A stretch of 64,000 nt of DNA from contig PLMN01000023.1 of assembly GCA_003141555.1 (NCBI GenBank), positions 79,916-143,915 on the forward strand, read 5' to 3'. Position 1 is the first letter of the stretch; each line of letters starts with the position of its first letter. The position numbers and the translations under genes were made by a program. Under the pieces are notes generated by a model that worked only from the letters and a program-made list of their open reading frames with translations, was not told the DNA's origin and did not search any database. This DNA comes from Candidatus Aminicenantes bacterium. Its GTDB lineage: Bacteria > Acidobacteriota > Aminicenantia > Aminicenantales > UBA4085. Positions 1 through 10,300 of the stretch are shown in pieces.

Positions 1-1
1 C

Positions 2-79
2 GTCATCGACCACGCGCTCTGCATCAAGTGCGGCAAGTGCATCACGAGCTGCACGTTCGGCGCGGTGTACAAGGATTAG
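2..79 (+). CDS. 3' end of a NuoF/HydB-like subunit (C-terminal 4Fe-4S ferredoxin domain), partial
   Basis: Frame 2 reads VIDHALCIKCGKCITSCTFGAVYKD* (CxxCxxCxxxC). The stop is 8 nt before the ATG of the NuoG-like gene. Confidence 0.7.
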   Translation, partial: VIDHALCIKCGKCITSCTFGAVYKD

Positions 80-87
80 GTGCTCTC

Positions 88-3000
88 ATGGCGACCCTCA
101 CCCTCGAAATCAACGGCCGCAAGATCCAGGCCGACTCCGAGCGGACGATCCTCGAAGTCGTCACCGCCCACCAGCTGGATGCGATCCCGACGCTCTGCCA
201 CTCTCCCGAGCTCAAGCCTTACGGCTCGTGCTTCCTCTGCGTGGTGGAGGTGGCCGGGAAGCCGAACCTCCTGCCCGCCTGCGCGACCCGCGTGGCCGAG
301 GGGATGAAGATCACGACCCGGAACGAGCGCATCGTCGCCTCGCGGCGCACCGCCCTGGAGCTCCTCCTCTCGAACCACTACGCCGACTGCGTCTCCCCCT
401 GCGCCATGGCCTGCCCGGCGGGCGTGGACTGCCAGGGCTACGTCGCCCTGGCGGCCATGGGTGAATTCGGGCTCGCGGCGGACGTCATCCGCGAGATGAA
501 CCCCCTGCCCGCGGTCTGCGGCCGGGTCTGCGTCCGCAAGTGCGAGATCGAATGCCGCCGGTCCGACATCGACGAGCCCGTGGGGATCAACGCCATCAAG
601 CGCTTCGTGACCGACCAGCCGGGCGCCTACGACGCCGCCCCTAAGCGCCAGCCCTCGCGCGGCCAATCGGTGGGCATCGTCGGCTCGGGCCCGGCCGGCC
701 TGACGGCCGCCTGGTACCTAGGCCTGTACGGCTACGACCCGATCATCTACGAAGCCCTGCCCAAGCCGGGCGGCATGCTCCGCTATGGCATCCCCGAATA
801 CCGGCTGCCCAATGAGGTCCTCGACCGCGAAATCGGGCACATCAAGCGCGCCGGCGCCGAGATCAAGACGGGCGTGCGGATCGGCTCGGACGTCAGCCTG
901 ACCGAGCTCATGAAGACCCATGCCGCGGTGTTCATCGCCGCGGGGGCCATGGGCAGCAAGGGCATGGGCGTCGAAGGCGAGGATTCGACCGAGGGCGTCG
1001 TCAGGGGCGCCGATTTCCTCATGGAGAAAGCCGAGACGCGCACGCCCGTGAAAGGCATCGTGGTCGTCGTCGGCGGCGGGAACACGGCCATGGATGTCGC
1101 CCGCTCCTCGTGGCGCCTTGGGGCGGACCGGGTCATCATCCTCTACCGCCGGACCAAGGCCGAGATGCCGGCCGACAAGGTGGAGATCGAGGACTGCCTC
1201 AAGGAAGGCATCGAGATCATGGAGCTCGCCGCGCCCGTCGGCCTCGTGACCGAAAACGGCCTGCTCAAGGGTCTGCGCTGCATCCGGATGAAGCTCGGCG
1301 AGCCCGACAAGTCCGGCCGCCGCAGGCCCGTCCCCCAAGAGGGCTCGGAGTTCGTCCTCCCCTGCGACCTGGCCGTCTCGGCCATCGGCCAGGAGCCCGT
1401 GCTGGCCGGCCTGGCGGGCGGCCCCGACGAGCCGAAGGCCTCGCGCTGGAACACCATCGTCATCGACCAGGCCACGATGCGGACGAACGTCCCCGGCCTC
1501 TACGCCGGCGGCGACGTGGCCGACGACGGCCCGACGGTCGTGGTCGACGCCATCCGCGACGGCCACCAGGCCGCGCTCTCGATCCACGAGCAGCTCAGCG
1601 GCGAAAAGGTCGCCCGCAAACCGTTCATCGTCCAGAAGAGCCTCTGGGCCAAGCCCGGCGCGTCCGAGCTCGGCGAGGTCAAGGAAGCCCCGCGCCACGA
1701 GGTCCACGAAATCCCGATCGACGCCCGGCGGGGCAGCTACGCCGAGGTCTCGACCGGCTATGAGTTCGAGGACGTCGCCTACGAATCGGCCCGCTGCCTC
1801 TCCTGCGGCTGCGTGGTCTACGACCACTGCGCCCTGCGGCTCTACGCCCAGGAGTACGACGTCGACATCAAGCGCTACTTCGGCCGCATCCGCAAGCACA
1901 AGGTCGATGAGCGCCACCCCCACATCATCTACGACCCCAACAAGTGCATCCTCTGCGCCCGCTGCATCCGGACCTGCGCCCGCGTCCTCCCGATCTCGGC
2001 CCTCGGCCTGGTCGGCCGCGGGTTCAAGACCGAGGTCCGCCCGGCGATGAACGACCCGCTCGTCGAGACGAACTGCATCAGCTGCGGCAACTGCGTCGAC
2101 GCCTGCCCGACGGGGGCCCTGACGGTGAAGTTCCCCTTCCCCGGCCGCGCCTGCCTGCCGACCGAGGATGTGGAAACGCACTGCGCCTTCTGCTCCATCG
2201 CCTGCCCGCTCGCCGTCAAGAAGATCGACGCCGACCGCTACTACGTCGCGAAGGGCGAACGGCCGGAGAACGACCTCTGCCGCTACGGCCGCTTCGGAGC
2301 GGAGCTCTTTGCCGGCCGGCGCCGGATCGGGCAGCCGACGGCCCGCGAAAACGGCAAACCCAAGGCGGTCGCCCTCGAGGACGCTTATGCCCGGATCACG
2401 GCCGGCCTGCGGAGCGCGGCCCGGACGCACGGGGCCGAGGCGGTCGGCGTGTTCCTTTCGCCCGACCTCTCGAACGAGGAGATGTTCCTGGCGACCCGGA
2501 TCGCCCGCGAGGGCGTCGGGACCAACAACGTCGCCTCGCTCTCGCTCCTCGCCTCGGGCGCCGCGGCGGGCGCCCTGGACGCCTCGTTCGGCCTCACGGC
2601 CTCCACGGCCGACCGGACCGCCCTGAAGGCGGCGGACCTGATCGTCTGCAACAACACCGACCTCCAGAACGACCACCTGATCCTGAGCATCGGGATCCTC
2701 GCCGCCGCCGGCGAAGGGGCCAAGCTCATCCTCGCCGGCTCGGCCGGGGACGCCCTGGCGGCCCGGGCGACGCTCGCCCTCGACCCGATGCGCGGCCGCT
2801 CCGCGCTGCTCTGGAACGGGGTGATGCAGGTCCTCCTCGACCGCGGCTTCTTCAGCCGCGACGCCGTCCGCGCCCTCCCGGGCGGGGAGGAATTTCTGAG
2901 CGATCTCTTCGATTACAGCTTGAAAGCGATCTCCGAGCTGACGGGCGTCGAGGCCCCGAAGATCGTCGCCGCGGCCGACGAGCTGGCCGCCGCCAAGAAG

Positions 3001-3789
3001 GTCGTCTTCGTCCATAGCCCCGACCGGACGCAGGACCAGGCCCCCGGCAACGCCGCGGCCCTGGCGAACATGGTCATCCTTCTCCGGTCCAAGGGCATCG
3101 GGGCCGAGCTCATCCTCCCCTTTGTCGGGGCCAACGGGGCGGCCGTGGAAATCATCGGGGCCGACCCGGGCTTCCTCGCCGGCCGGATGCCGGTCAACGG
3201 CCTCCCGGGGGCTAAGAACCGGGCCGACCTTCTGGCCCTCCTCAAGGACGGCCGCCTCAAGGCGGCGCTCATCATTGGCGAGGACCCGATGGGAGACGAC
3301 AAGGTCGCCTCGTATTTCGGCAATGCCGAGTTCCTGGCGGTCGTGGACTGGACCCCCACCGAAACCGCGGCTTACGCCGACGTCGTCCTGCCCGGCTCCA
3401 CGTTCCTGGAGAGCGGCGGGACGCGCATCAACTTCGAGGGCCGCCTCACCCGCTATACGCCGGCCCTCCGCCCGCCCTTTGGGAAGACCACGGCCGAGGT
3501 CCTGGCGGGCCTGGCCCGGGCGTTCGGGATCGCCGACGCCGGCGGGACGATGGACGACATCTCGGCCGGGCTCGACCGGCTGATGCGGGCCAAGCTCGGG
3601 GACCGGGTGAAATTCTGCTGGAACACGGGTGAGGAGCGCGGCGGAATCGGCGTCGGCCGGCTGACCGTCGCCGACGTCCGGACCAAGCCGAACCCGATCG
3701 CCCCCGCGCTCACGGTCGGCGAGCGCTACAAGCGCCAGGTCCGTGATGTGGGCGTCGCCCATTATCGCGTGCAGGAAGCGAAGCCGTAA
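88..3789 (+). CDS. Multidomain Fe-S flavoprotein: 2Fe-2S, GltD-like FAD/NAD(P) oxidoreductase, 4Fe-4S ferredoxin and NuoG/FdhA-like molybdopterin-oxidoreductase fold
   Basis: IPTLCH..GSCFLCVVEV..ACAT; CGRVCVRKCE; VGSGPAG; VVGGGNTAMD; KCILCARCIRTC; CISCGNCVDACP; HCAFCSIAC..LC; ADVVLPGSTFLESGGT. ATG at 88 chosen over the ORF start at 28. Confidence 0.85.
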   Translation: MATLTLEINGRKIQADSERTILEVVTAHQLDAIPTLCHSPELKPYGSCFLCVVEVAGKPNLLPACATRVAEGMKITTRNERIVASRRTALELLLSNHYADCVSPCAMACPAGVDCQGYVALAAMGEFGLAADVIREMNPLPAVCGRVCVRKCEIECRRSDIDEPVGINAIKRFVTDQPGAYDAAPKRQPSRGQSVGIVGSGPAGLTAAWYLGLYGYDPIIYEALPKPGGMLRYGIPEYRLPNEVLDREIGHIKRAGAEIKTGVRIGSDVSLTELMKTHAAVFIAAGAMGSKGMGVEGEDSTEGVVRGADFLMEKAETRTPVKGIVVVVGGGNTAMDVARSSWRLGADRVIILYRRTKAEMPADKVEIEDCLKEGIEIMELAAPVGLVTENGLLKGLRCIRMKLGEPDKSGRRRPVPQEGSEFVLPCDLAVSAIGQEPVLAGLAGGPDEPKASRWNTIVIDQATMRTNVPGLYAGGDVADDGPTVVVDAIRDGHQAALSIHEQLSGEKVARKPFIVQKSLWAKPGASELGEVKEAPRHEVHEIPIDARRGSYAEVSTGYEFEDVAYESARCLSCGCVVYDHCALRLYAQEYDVDIKRYFGRIRKHKVDERHPHIIYDPNKCILCARCIRTCARVLPISALGLVGRGFKTEVRPAMNDPLVETNCISCGNCVDACPTGALTVKFPFPGRACLPTEDVETHCAFCSIACPLAVKKIDADRYYVAKGERPENDLCRYGRFGAELFAGRRRIGQPTARENGKPKAVALEDAYARITAGLRSAARTHGAEAVGVFLSPDLSNEEMFLATRIAREGVGTNNVASLSLLASGAAAGALDASFGLTASTADRTALKAADLIVCNNTDLQNDHLILSIGILAAAGEGAKLILAGSAGDALAARATLALDPMRGRSALLWNGVMQVLLDRGFFSRDAVRALPGGEEFLSDLFDYSLKAISELTGVEAPKIVAAADELAAAKKVVFVHSPDRTQDQAPGNAAALANMVILLRSKGIGAELILPFVGANGAAVEIIGADPGFLAGRMPVNGLPGAKNRADLLALLKDGRLKAALIIGEDPMGDDKVASYFGNAEFLAVVDWTPTETAAYADVVLPGSTFLESGGTRINFEGRLTRYTPALRPPFGKTTAEVLAGLARAFGIADAGGTMDDISAGLDRLMRAKLGDRVKFCWNTGEERGGIGVGRLTVADVRTKPNPIAPALTVGERYKRQVRDVGVAHYRVQEAKP

Positions 3790-3794
3790 GCCCC

Positions 3795-5807
3795 ATGCCC
3801 AGCCTACCCGACGCCGTCCTCACCCTCCTCGAAAAGAGCTTTCCCTGCGTCCTCCTGACCGACGAGAAGGGCCGGATCTCGCACGCGAGCCGCGCCCTCC
3901 GAACGGAATGCGGACTGGACCCGGCGGCGGTCATGGGCCGGAACATCGTGGCCGTCGTCGCCCCCGAGTCCGCGGAGGACCTGGCGGCCTCCATGAAGAG
4001 GGCCAAGGGCGGCGTCGCGGCCAAGACGAGCGTCCTCTGCGCCGGCCCGTCACGGCGGCCGCTGGAGATAAACATCAACTACACCGAAGGGCCGGACGGC
4101 GGCCTGTTCCTTTTCTTCGGCTACTTCGGCCCGCTCGGCAACGGCCTGGCCGCGAGGGCGGAATGGGAGAAGGATGAGCGGATCAAGGAGCTCTCGTGCG
4201 TCTACGCCGTCGCCGAGTGGATCGAGGCTTCACGCTCGATCAAGGAGTTCTTCGAAGAGCTGCCCAAGTATCTCAGCCCGGGGATGCGCTACCCGGACCG
4301 GGCGATCATCTCTTCCTCCTACAGCGGAGTCGAATACGGCGATAAAGGCCGCCTCATCAGCTTCATCCGGACCGAGCTGAAGGTCGCCCACCAGCCCATG
4401 GGCGAGATCCGGGTCGGTTACGGGAGCCCGGAGTACGACCTGCTCCCCGAAGAGCAGAAGATGCTCGACGAGATCGGGCGCACCCTCAACCTGGCCCTGG
4501 AGCGCAAGTCGCTCGAGGAGAAGCTCGCCTTTAAGCAGACCGAAGTGGGCGAATCCACCGAGCGCCTGAAGGAGCTCGAGCGCCAGATCGACTCCCGGAC
4601 GCGCGAGGTCGAAGAGCAGCGCCAGAAGCTCGGCACGGTCAACGCCTATCTCGACCGGACGAAGGGCGAGTGGGAGGAGTCCAAGGCCCGGCTCGAGACG
4701 ATCTTCGCCGCCATCCCCGACACCGTGGCCCTCATCGACCGCCAGCACAGCCTGGTGATGACGAACCGCAAGAACGTCGCCGAGGGCAACACTTGCTACA
4801 AGACCTTCTTCAACCGGGATACCCCCTGCAAGGACTGCCGCATGTCGCGCGTCGCGCGGACGAAGACGCCGATCACGCTCGAGATCAGGCACGAGGACGT
4901 GTACTACGAGGTCAACGCCCAGCCCATCTTCAACAGGGAGCACGAGGTCGAAGGCATCATCGAGTTCTTCCGGGACATCACCCTGGAGAAGACCTACGAG
5001 CAGCAGCTCCAGCAGGCCGACAAGCTGGCCTCCCTGGGCCAGCTGGTGAGCGGCATCGGCCACGAGATCAACAACCCGAATCAGTTCATCCGGGGCAATG
5101 TCAAGATCATCCAGCAAGCCTTCGAGGGGATCCTGCCCATCCTCGATGAGTACTACGCCTCCCACCCCGATCTGAAGATCGCCCGCCTCAAGTACGATTT
5201 CTTCCGGGAGCACATCCTGGTGCTCATCAACGACATGGCCCACGGCTCCGAGCGGATCAAGGAGATCGTCGAGGGCCTCAAGCGCTTCGCCCGCCGCGAC
5301 GAGGGCCTCCTCATCGACGCCGTGGACGTGAACACGATCCTGGACGCCTCGCGGCGCCTGGTCCACAACGCGGTGAGCAAGAACGCGGACATCGAGCTCG
5401 ACCTCGCCCCGGACCTGCCCATCCTCACCGGCAACGCCCAGAAGATCGAGCAGGTTATCGTCAATCTCCTGATCAACGCCGGGCAGGCCATGCCCGAGGG
5501 CCGGCGCGGCCGGATCGTGGCCTCGACCCGCGTCGAAGGCGGTTCGGTCGTCATCGAGGTCCGGGACAACGGCAAGGGCATGAGCGAGCAGACGATGAAG
5601 CGCATCTACGAGCCGTTCTTCACCACCCGGCGGGCCGGAGGCGGCACCGGCCTGGGGTTGGCCATTGCCTATCGGATCATCGAGGAGCACGGCGGCTCCA
5701 TCGCGGTGACGAGCAAGCTCGACGTCGGCACGACGTTCAAGATCTCTCTCCCGATGAAGCCGGCGGGGACCGGGGCCGGCGCCAAGGCGGCCGGCGAACC
5801 CGCGTGA
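3795..5807 (+). CDS. PAS/GAF-like sensor histidine kinase (NtrB-like)
   Basis: H-box GIGHEINNP, N-box NLLINAGQAM, DNGKGM, EPFFTT, GTGLGL; N-terminal PAS-like segments. Confidence 0.92.
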   Translation: MPSLPDAVLTLLEKSFPCVLLTDEKGRISHASRALRTECGLDPAAVMGRNIVAVVAPESAEDLAASMKRAKGGVAAKTSVLCAGPSRRPLEININYTEGPDGGLFLFFGYFGPLGNGLAARAEWEKDERIKELSCVYAVAEWIEASRSIKEFFEELPKYLSPGMRYPDRAIISSSYSGVEYGDKGRLISFIRTELKVAHQPMGEIRVGYGSPEYDLLPEEQKMLDEIGRTLNLALERKSLEEKLAFKQTEVGESTERLKELERQIDSRTREVEEQRQKLGTVNAYLDRTKGEWEESKARLETIFAAIPDTVALIDRQHSLVMTNRKNVAEGNTCYKTFFNRDTPCKDCRMSRVARTKTPITLEIRHEDVYYEVNAQPIFNREHEVEGIIEFFRDITLEKTYEQQLQQADKLASLGQLVSGIGHEINNPNQFIRGNVKIIQQAFEGILPILDEYYASHPDLKIARLKYDFFREHILVLINDMAHGSERIKEIVEGLKRFARRDEGLLIDAVDVNTILDASRRLVHNAVSKNADIELDLAPDLPILTGNAQKIEQVIVNLLINAGQAMPEGRRGRIVASTRVEGGSVVIEVRDNGKGMSEQTMKRIYEPFFTTRRAGGGTGLGLAIAYRIIEEHGGSIAVTSKLDVGTTFKISLPMKPAGTGAGAKAAGEPA

Positions 5808-5844
5808 CCGGCGGCCGTCGGGCCGCCGAAGGGGGGCGACAGCC

Positions 5845-7215
5845 ATGAACAAGATCCTCATCGTCGACGACGACATCGCCGTCACCAACCACTTGAAGGT
5901 CTTCATGATGCAGACCGAGCGCTATGAAAGCACGGTGATCAACGACTCGCGCAAAGCCCTGGACGCGCTCCACGGGGAGCCGTTCGATGCCGTCCTGCTC
6001 GACATGGACATGCCGAACGTGAGCGGCATCGACATCCTCCAGGCCGTGCACGACCAGGCGCTCGACGTGGCCGTCGTCATCCTGACCGGCGTCGGCGACG
6101 TGGAGCTGGCCGTCCGGGCGATGAAGCTCGGAGCGTTCGACTATCTCACCAAGCCCGTGGACGAGGACACGCTCCTCAAGGTCCTCGACGACGCGATCCA
6201 ACATAAGATCATCCGGCAGTCGATCAGCCGCCTTCCGGCGAGGCTCAGCCGGGAGGACCTGACCTACGGCGAGGCGTTCGCCCAATTCCCCACCCAGGAC
6301 CCCGCCCTGATCCGCTGCTTTCACGAGGCCGAGCGGATGGCGGAGGGCGACTCCTGCATCTTCATTTGGGGCGAGCGCGGCACCTACAAGGAGATGCTCG
6401 CCCGGGCGATCCACAGCGCCAGCCCGCGGCGCAGCGGGCCGTTCGTCTCGGTCGACGTGGCGGCCCGCGAGCCGGGCCGGTTCGCCGCGGAGTTCTTCGG
6501 ACAGGGGCGGGACTGGAGCGGCGCCCGCGAGGAGGCGCCCGGCCTGGTGGAGCAGGCCGCCGGCGGGACGCTCTTCCTCGACGAGATCGACCTCCTTTCG
6601 ATCCCGGTCCAGGTCCGGCTCCTCCGCCTGATCCAGGCGGGCGATTTCTACCGCGAAAACTCAACGACGGCCGTGACGGCCGACGTCCGCATCATCGCCG
6701 CTTCGCACCACGACCTGACCCAGGAATATTACAAGAAGATGTTCTCTCGCGACCTCCTCTATCACCTGATGACGAACTCGCTGCGCATCCCCTCCCTCGC
6801 CGAGCGCCCCGGGGACATCCCCCTCCTGGCCGATTACTTCCTCAAAAGCGAAGCGAAAGCCCGGGGGAAGAAGATCGCGGGCTTCTCGCCGGAGCTCCTC
6901 GGGCTTCTCGAGCAATACGAATTCCCGGACAACGTCCGGGAGCTCAAGAACATCATCGAGCGGGCGGTGGAGGAAGAACGCGGCGAGGTTCTGACCGAGG
7001 ATTCGCTCCCGCCCCATATGAGGGACATCCTGACCCGGTCGCTCGACGACAAGGCCGAGGGGTTCCGCCCGCGCAAGCTCGCCGAAATCCAGCGCGAGCA
7101 TGTGGCTAAGATGCTCACTTATTTCAATGGAAACAGGGAAAAAGCCGCGGAGGCGCTGGGAATGGGCGAAGAGGAGATAGAAAACGTCCTCGGCGGCGCG
7201 ACGAAAGGGTCGTAA
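5845..7215 (+). CDS. NtrC-family response regulator (REC-AAA+-HTH) with degenerate motifs
   Basis: ILIVDDD, LLDMDMP, DYLTKP; GGTLFLDEI; FPDNVRELKN; C-terminal HTH (GNREKAAEALG). Confidence 0.9.
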   Translation: MNKILIVDDDIAVTNHLKVFMMQTERYESTVINDSRKALDALHGEPFDAVLLDMDMPNVSGIDILQAVHDQALDVAVVILTGVGDVELAVRAMKLGAFDYLTKPVDEDTLLKVLDDAIQHKIIRQSISRLPARLSREDLTYGEAFAQFPTQDPALIRCFHEAERMAEGDSCIFIWGERGTYKEMLARAIHSASPRRSGPFVSVDVAAREPGRFAAEFFGQGRDWSGAREEAPGLVEQAAGGTLFLDEIDLLSIPVQVRLLRLIQAGDFYRENSTTAVTADVRIIAASHHDLTQEYYKKMFSRDLLYHLMTNSLRIPSLAERPGDIPLLADYFLKSEAKARGKKIAGFSPELLGLLEQYEFPDNVRELKNIIERAVEEERGEVLTEDSLPPHMRDILTRSLDDKAEGFRPRKLAEIQREHVAKMLTYFNGNREKAAEALGMGEEEIENVLGGATKGS

Positions 7216-7356
7216 CGACCCTCCGCCCTCATCCTAAACCTTTTTATAACGGCTCAGTTTGTTTATCAATTTCCTGAAGCATAATATTTTCTCGGAGCAG
7301 CGACAGGAAATTATGCGCTTAGGATAAGCCTGAGTTGACCCGCGGATCCACGCTTG

Positions 7357-7386
7357 TTGACACTAACTCTTTGCTTTCATTATGAT
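7357..7386 (+). promoter_or_regulatory. Putative sigma70 promoter for the kinase gene
   Basis: TTGACA-N18-TATGAT, 10 nt before the ATG at 7397. Confidence 0.55.
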
Positions 7387-7396
7387 TACAGGCGCC

Positions 7397-10300
7397 ATGG
7401 GGGATATCGTCGATAACATTCCGTGCCCGCATTGTCATGCCCCGAATCCGGCGAACGGCAGTTTCTGCAACAAATGCGGCAAGGCCATGGACAACAGGCC
7501 TGCCACTCTGACCTATCCTCCATCCTTCCAAACCACGCTCCGAGAAGAGCTTTCGTTTTCTCCCGGAGAAAGCTTCGGAAAGAGATACCGAATCATTGAA
7601 GAGATCGGACGGGGCGGCATGGGCCGGGTCTATAAGGCTCAAGACCTGGACCTCGGGATCACTGTGGCCCTGAAGATGATCCAGCCGAAATACTCTTCGA
7701 GCCGGACGATGATCGAACAATTCAAGAAGGAAACTCTTTTGGCCAGGTCCATCTCCCAAGAGAACGTCGTCCGGACTTATGATTTCGGGGAAATCAATCA
7801 CATCAAGTATATCTCGATGGACTACATCAAAGGGGGCAATCTCAGCGATCTGATCCAGACTTCGGGACGGCTGAGCCTGGAGACCTGTCTTCGCATCATG
7901 GTCCAGATCTGCGAAGCACTGAAGGCCGCCCATCATAAGGGGATCATTCACCGGGATCTGAAACCCCAAAACATCATGATCGATCGTTCCGGCAAGGTCT
8001 ATGTCACGGACTTCGGCCTGGCCAAGTCCCTCGCCGCCCAAGAAACGCCCGGCTTCAAAAAAGTTTATGGGACCCCGCCATATTTTTCGCCGGAGCAGGC
8101 ACGCGGGGAGGACGCCGACGAACGGTCCGATATCTATTCCCTGGGCGTCATCCTCTTCGAGATGATCACGGGACAACTGCCCTTTCAAGCCAAGACGATC
8201 GAGGGCTATATCCAAAGGCACACCTCGGAGAACGCCGTCTCCCCGTCGAAAATCAACCCTGGCATCCCTGCCCCCCTAGAAAAAATCATCATGACCTGCC
8301 TAGAAAAGAAGAAGGAAAACCGATACCAGAGCGTCGACGCGCTTCTCAAGGATCTGGATGTTCAAAAAAACGCCTACGAACAGAGCTACGCCAAGACCCG
8401 GAGGAAGCGCTTCGGGCGAGCGGCCCTGGCCGGAGGGCTGATTCTCGCGTTCATGATCGGCGTCTATTTCATAAGTCTGAAGAAACGGGCCGCCGGACCC
8501 GCCGCTTCTCAAGAGCGAAGAACCGCCGTCGCCGTTCTGTACGCGGTCAACACGTCCGAGGATCGAGAGTTGAACCAATATCGGTGGGTGATCACGGATC
8601 TCATGATCACCGGGCTGGCCCAATCGAAATATCTCAGCCTCCTGCCTATGGATCGGCTTATCCAGATCCTGACGAAGATGAAGCAGCAGGACGCCGGCCA
8701 ACACGTTTCAGAGACGCTCGATAAGATCGGATCAGCCGAGAACGTCGAATATTTTATCCTGCCTAGCCTCGTCAAAGCGGGCGGAAATCTTTGGATCAGC
8801 GCCAAAATCCGAAAAGCAGGCGACAAAGGCATCGTCGACACGACCAAGGTCCAGGGAAAGCTCGAGGACCTCCTGACCATGGTCGAAGATCTGAATACGC
8901 AGGTCAAATCGAAATTGGTTTCGTCCGCCGAAGACATCGCCGGTGATTATCACCAGGACTTGGGCAAGATCACGACTACGTCACTCGAAGCACTTGGCTA
9001 TTATGTCGAAGGAGAACGGCTCTATGCCCTTGAAGACTTTAAGGGCAGCGTCCGGGCCTTGGAAGAGGCCGTCAAATTGGACGCCAACTATGGGCTGGCG
9101 TATTGGAAATTGGCCGAGAATTACGATTATCTGGGATCTACAGATCTGGCCAATAAGAACCTCGAAAAGGCCTTAGCTTTGCTGGATCGCTTTTCCGTGC
9201 GGGATCGTTATCTTGTCCGGGGATATGCGGCCATTCATCTGGATGAACCCCCGGCCAAGGCCATCGAAAGCTATAAGAAATTGCTGGCGCTTTATCCCAA
9301 TGACGAGATGGGCCTAGCCTATCTCGGCTCGCTTTATCGGAACATGGAGGAATGGGAGGCGGCCTTAGAGCAGTTCGAGAAAATCTTGAAGATCAACCAA
9401 AGATTCCAGTTTGCCTATGTCAATCTGGCCTTTATTTACACGGCGAAGGGCTGGTATGCAAAAGCCCTTGATCTCATCCAAGCGAGCGAACGTATTTTCC
9501 CCGAAATGCAGTTCTTCCCCAAGCAAATGTCGCTGATCTACCTGGTCCAAGGCAGATTCGATGAAGCCGCCGCCTTGGTTCAAAAAGCCTTGACCCGCGC
9601 GCCCGACGACAACGCTAGCCTAGAATTTTACGGGATCATCGAACATCTTCGGGGAAATTTTGTTTCCGCCCGGAACATCTACGAACAGCTCCGAAAAAGA
9701 GAGGAAGGGACCGGCGGGCTGCGCGGTCAAATTTGGATGGGACTTCTTTATTTATTGCAGGGTGAGTTCCATCAAAGCGAGGGCGAGTTTCAGGAGGGGC
9801 TGAAGATCGCCCATCGGTTGAAGATGGAAGACGAAGAGCTGGAATTTCGTCGGCTGCAGGCGTATCTCTATCTCCAAAGGAAGCGCTTTGCCGAAGCTGC
9901 CGAAACAGTAGGAGCCTTAGTCACGATCTGTAAAAATGCCAAGAGATCCGATTTCCTGAAATCAGCCCTGCTCCTGCAGGGGATCATCGAGCTTGGGCTG
10001 GGGCGGATCGAGGAAGCCAAAAACACGTCCCGTCAGCTCCGGCAGGTGATCGAAAAAATAGGCTGTCCTAAATACATGAGATATTCTTATTATCTCCTGG
10101 GCAAGATCGCTTTGACCGAAGGCCGGCCCGCGGAGGCCCTCGATGATCTGGGAAAAGCCTTGGCCTTTCTTCCTCATCAACGGGAACAACGGGACGAGCA
10201 TGCCTTCTTCATGGAGGTTCTGGCCGAAGCCTTTGAGCAGGCCGGGGATCTCGGAAAGGCCACGGAGACGTATCAGAATATTCTGACGCTCACGACCGGG

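Noticed and set aside
28-87. N-terminal extension of the 1253-aa ORF
   Set aside because: It overlaps the real upstream ferredoxin-domain gene in another frame; ATG at 88 fits the domain start.
2500-2560. Selenocysteine recoding in the FdhA-like domain
   Set aside because: There is no in-frame TGA at the Mo-ligand position.
718-3762. 1014-aa antisense ORF, and similar long shadow ORFs (32272-34629, 42424-44997, 46796-49474, 52300-54312, 54378-56873, 56491-59472)
   Set aside because: They mirror well-supported genes on the opposite strand, carry no motifs, and are expected from high-GC codon bias.
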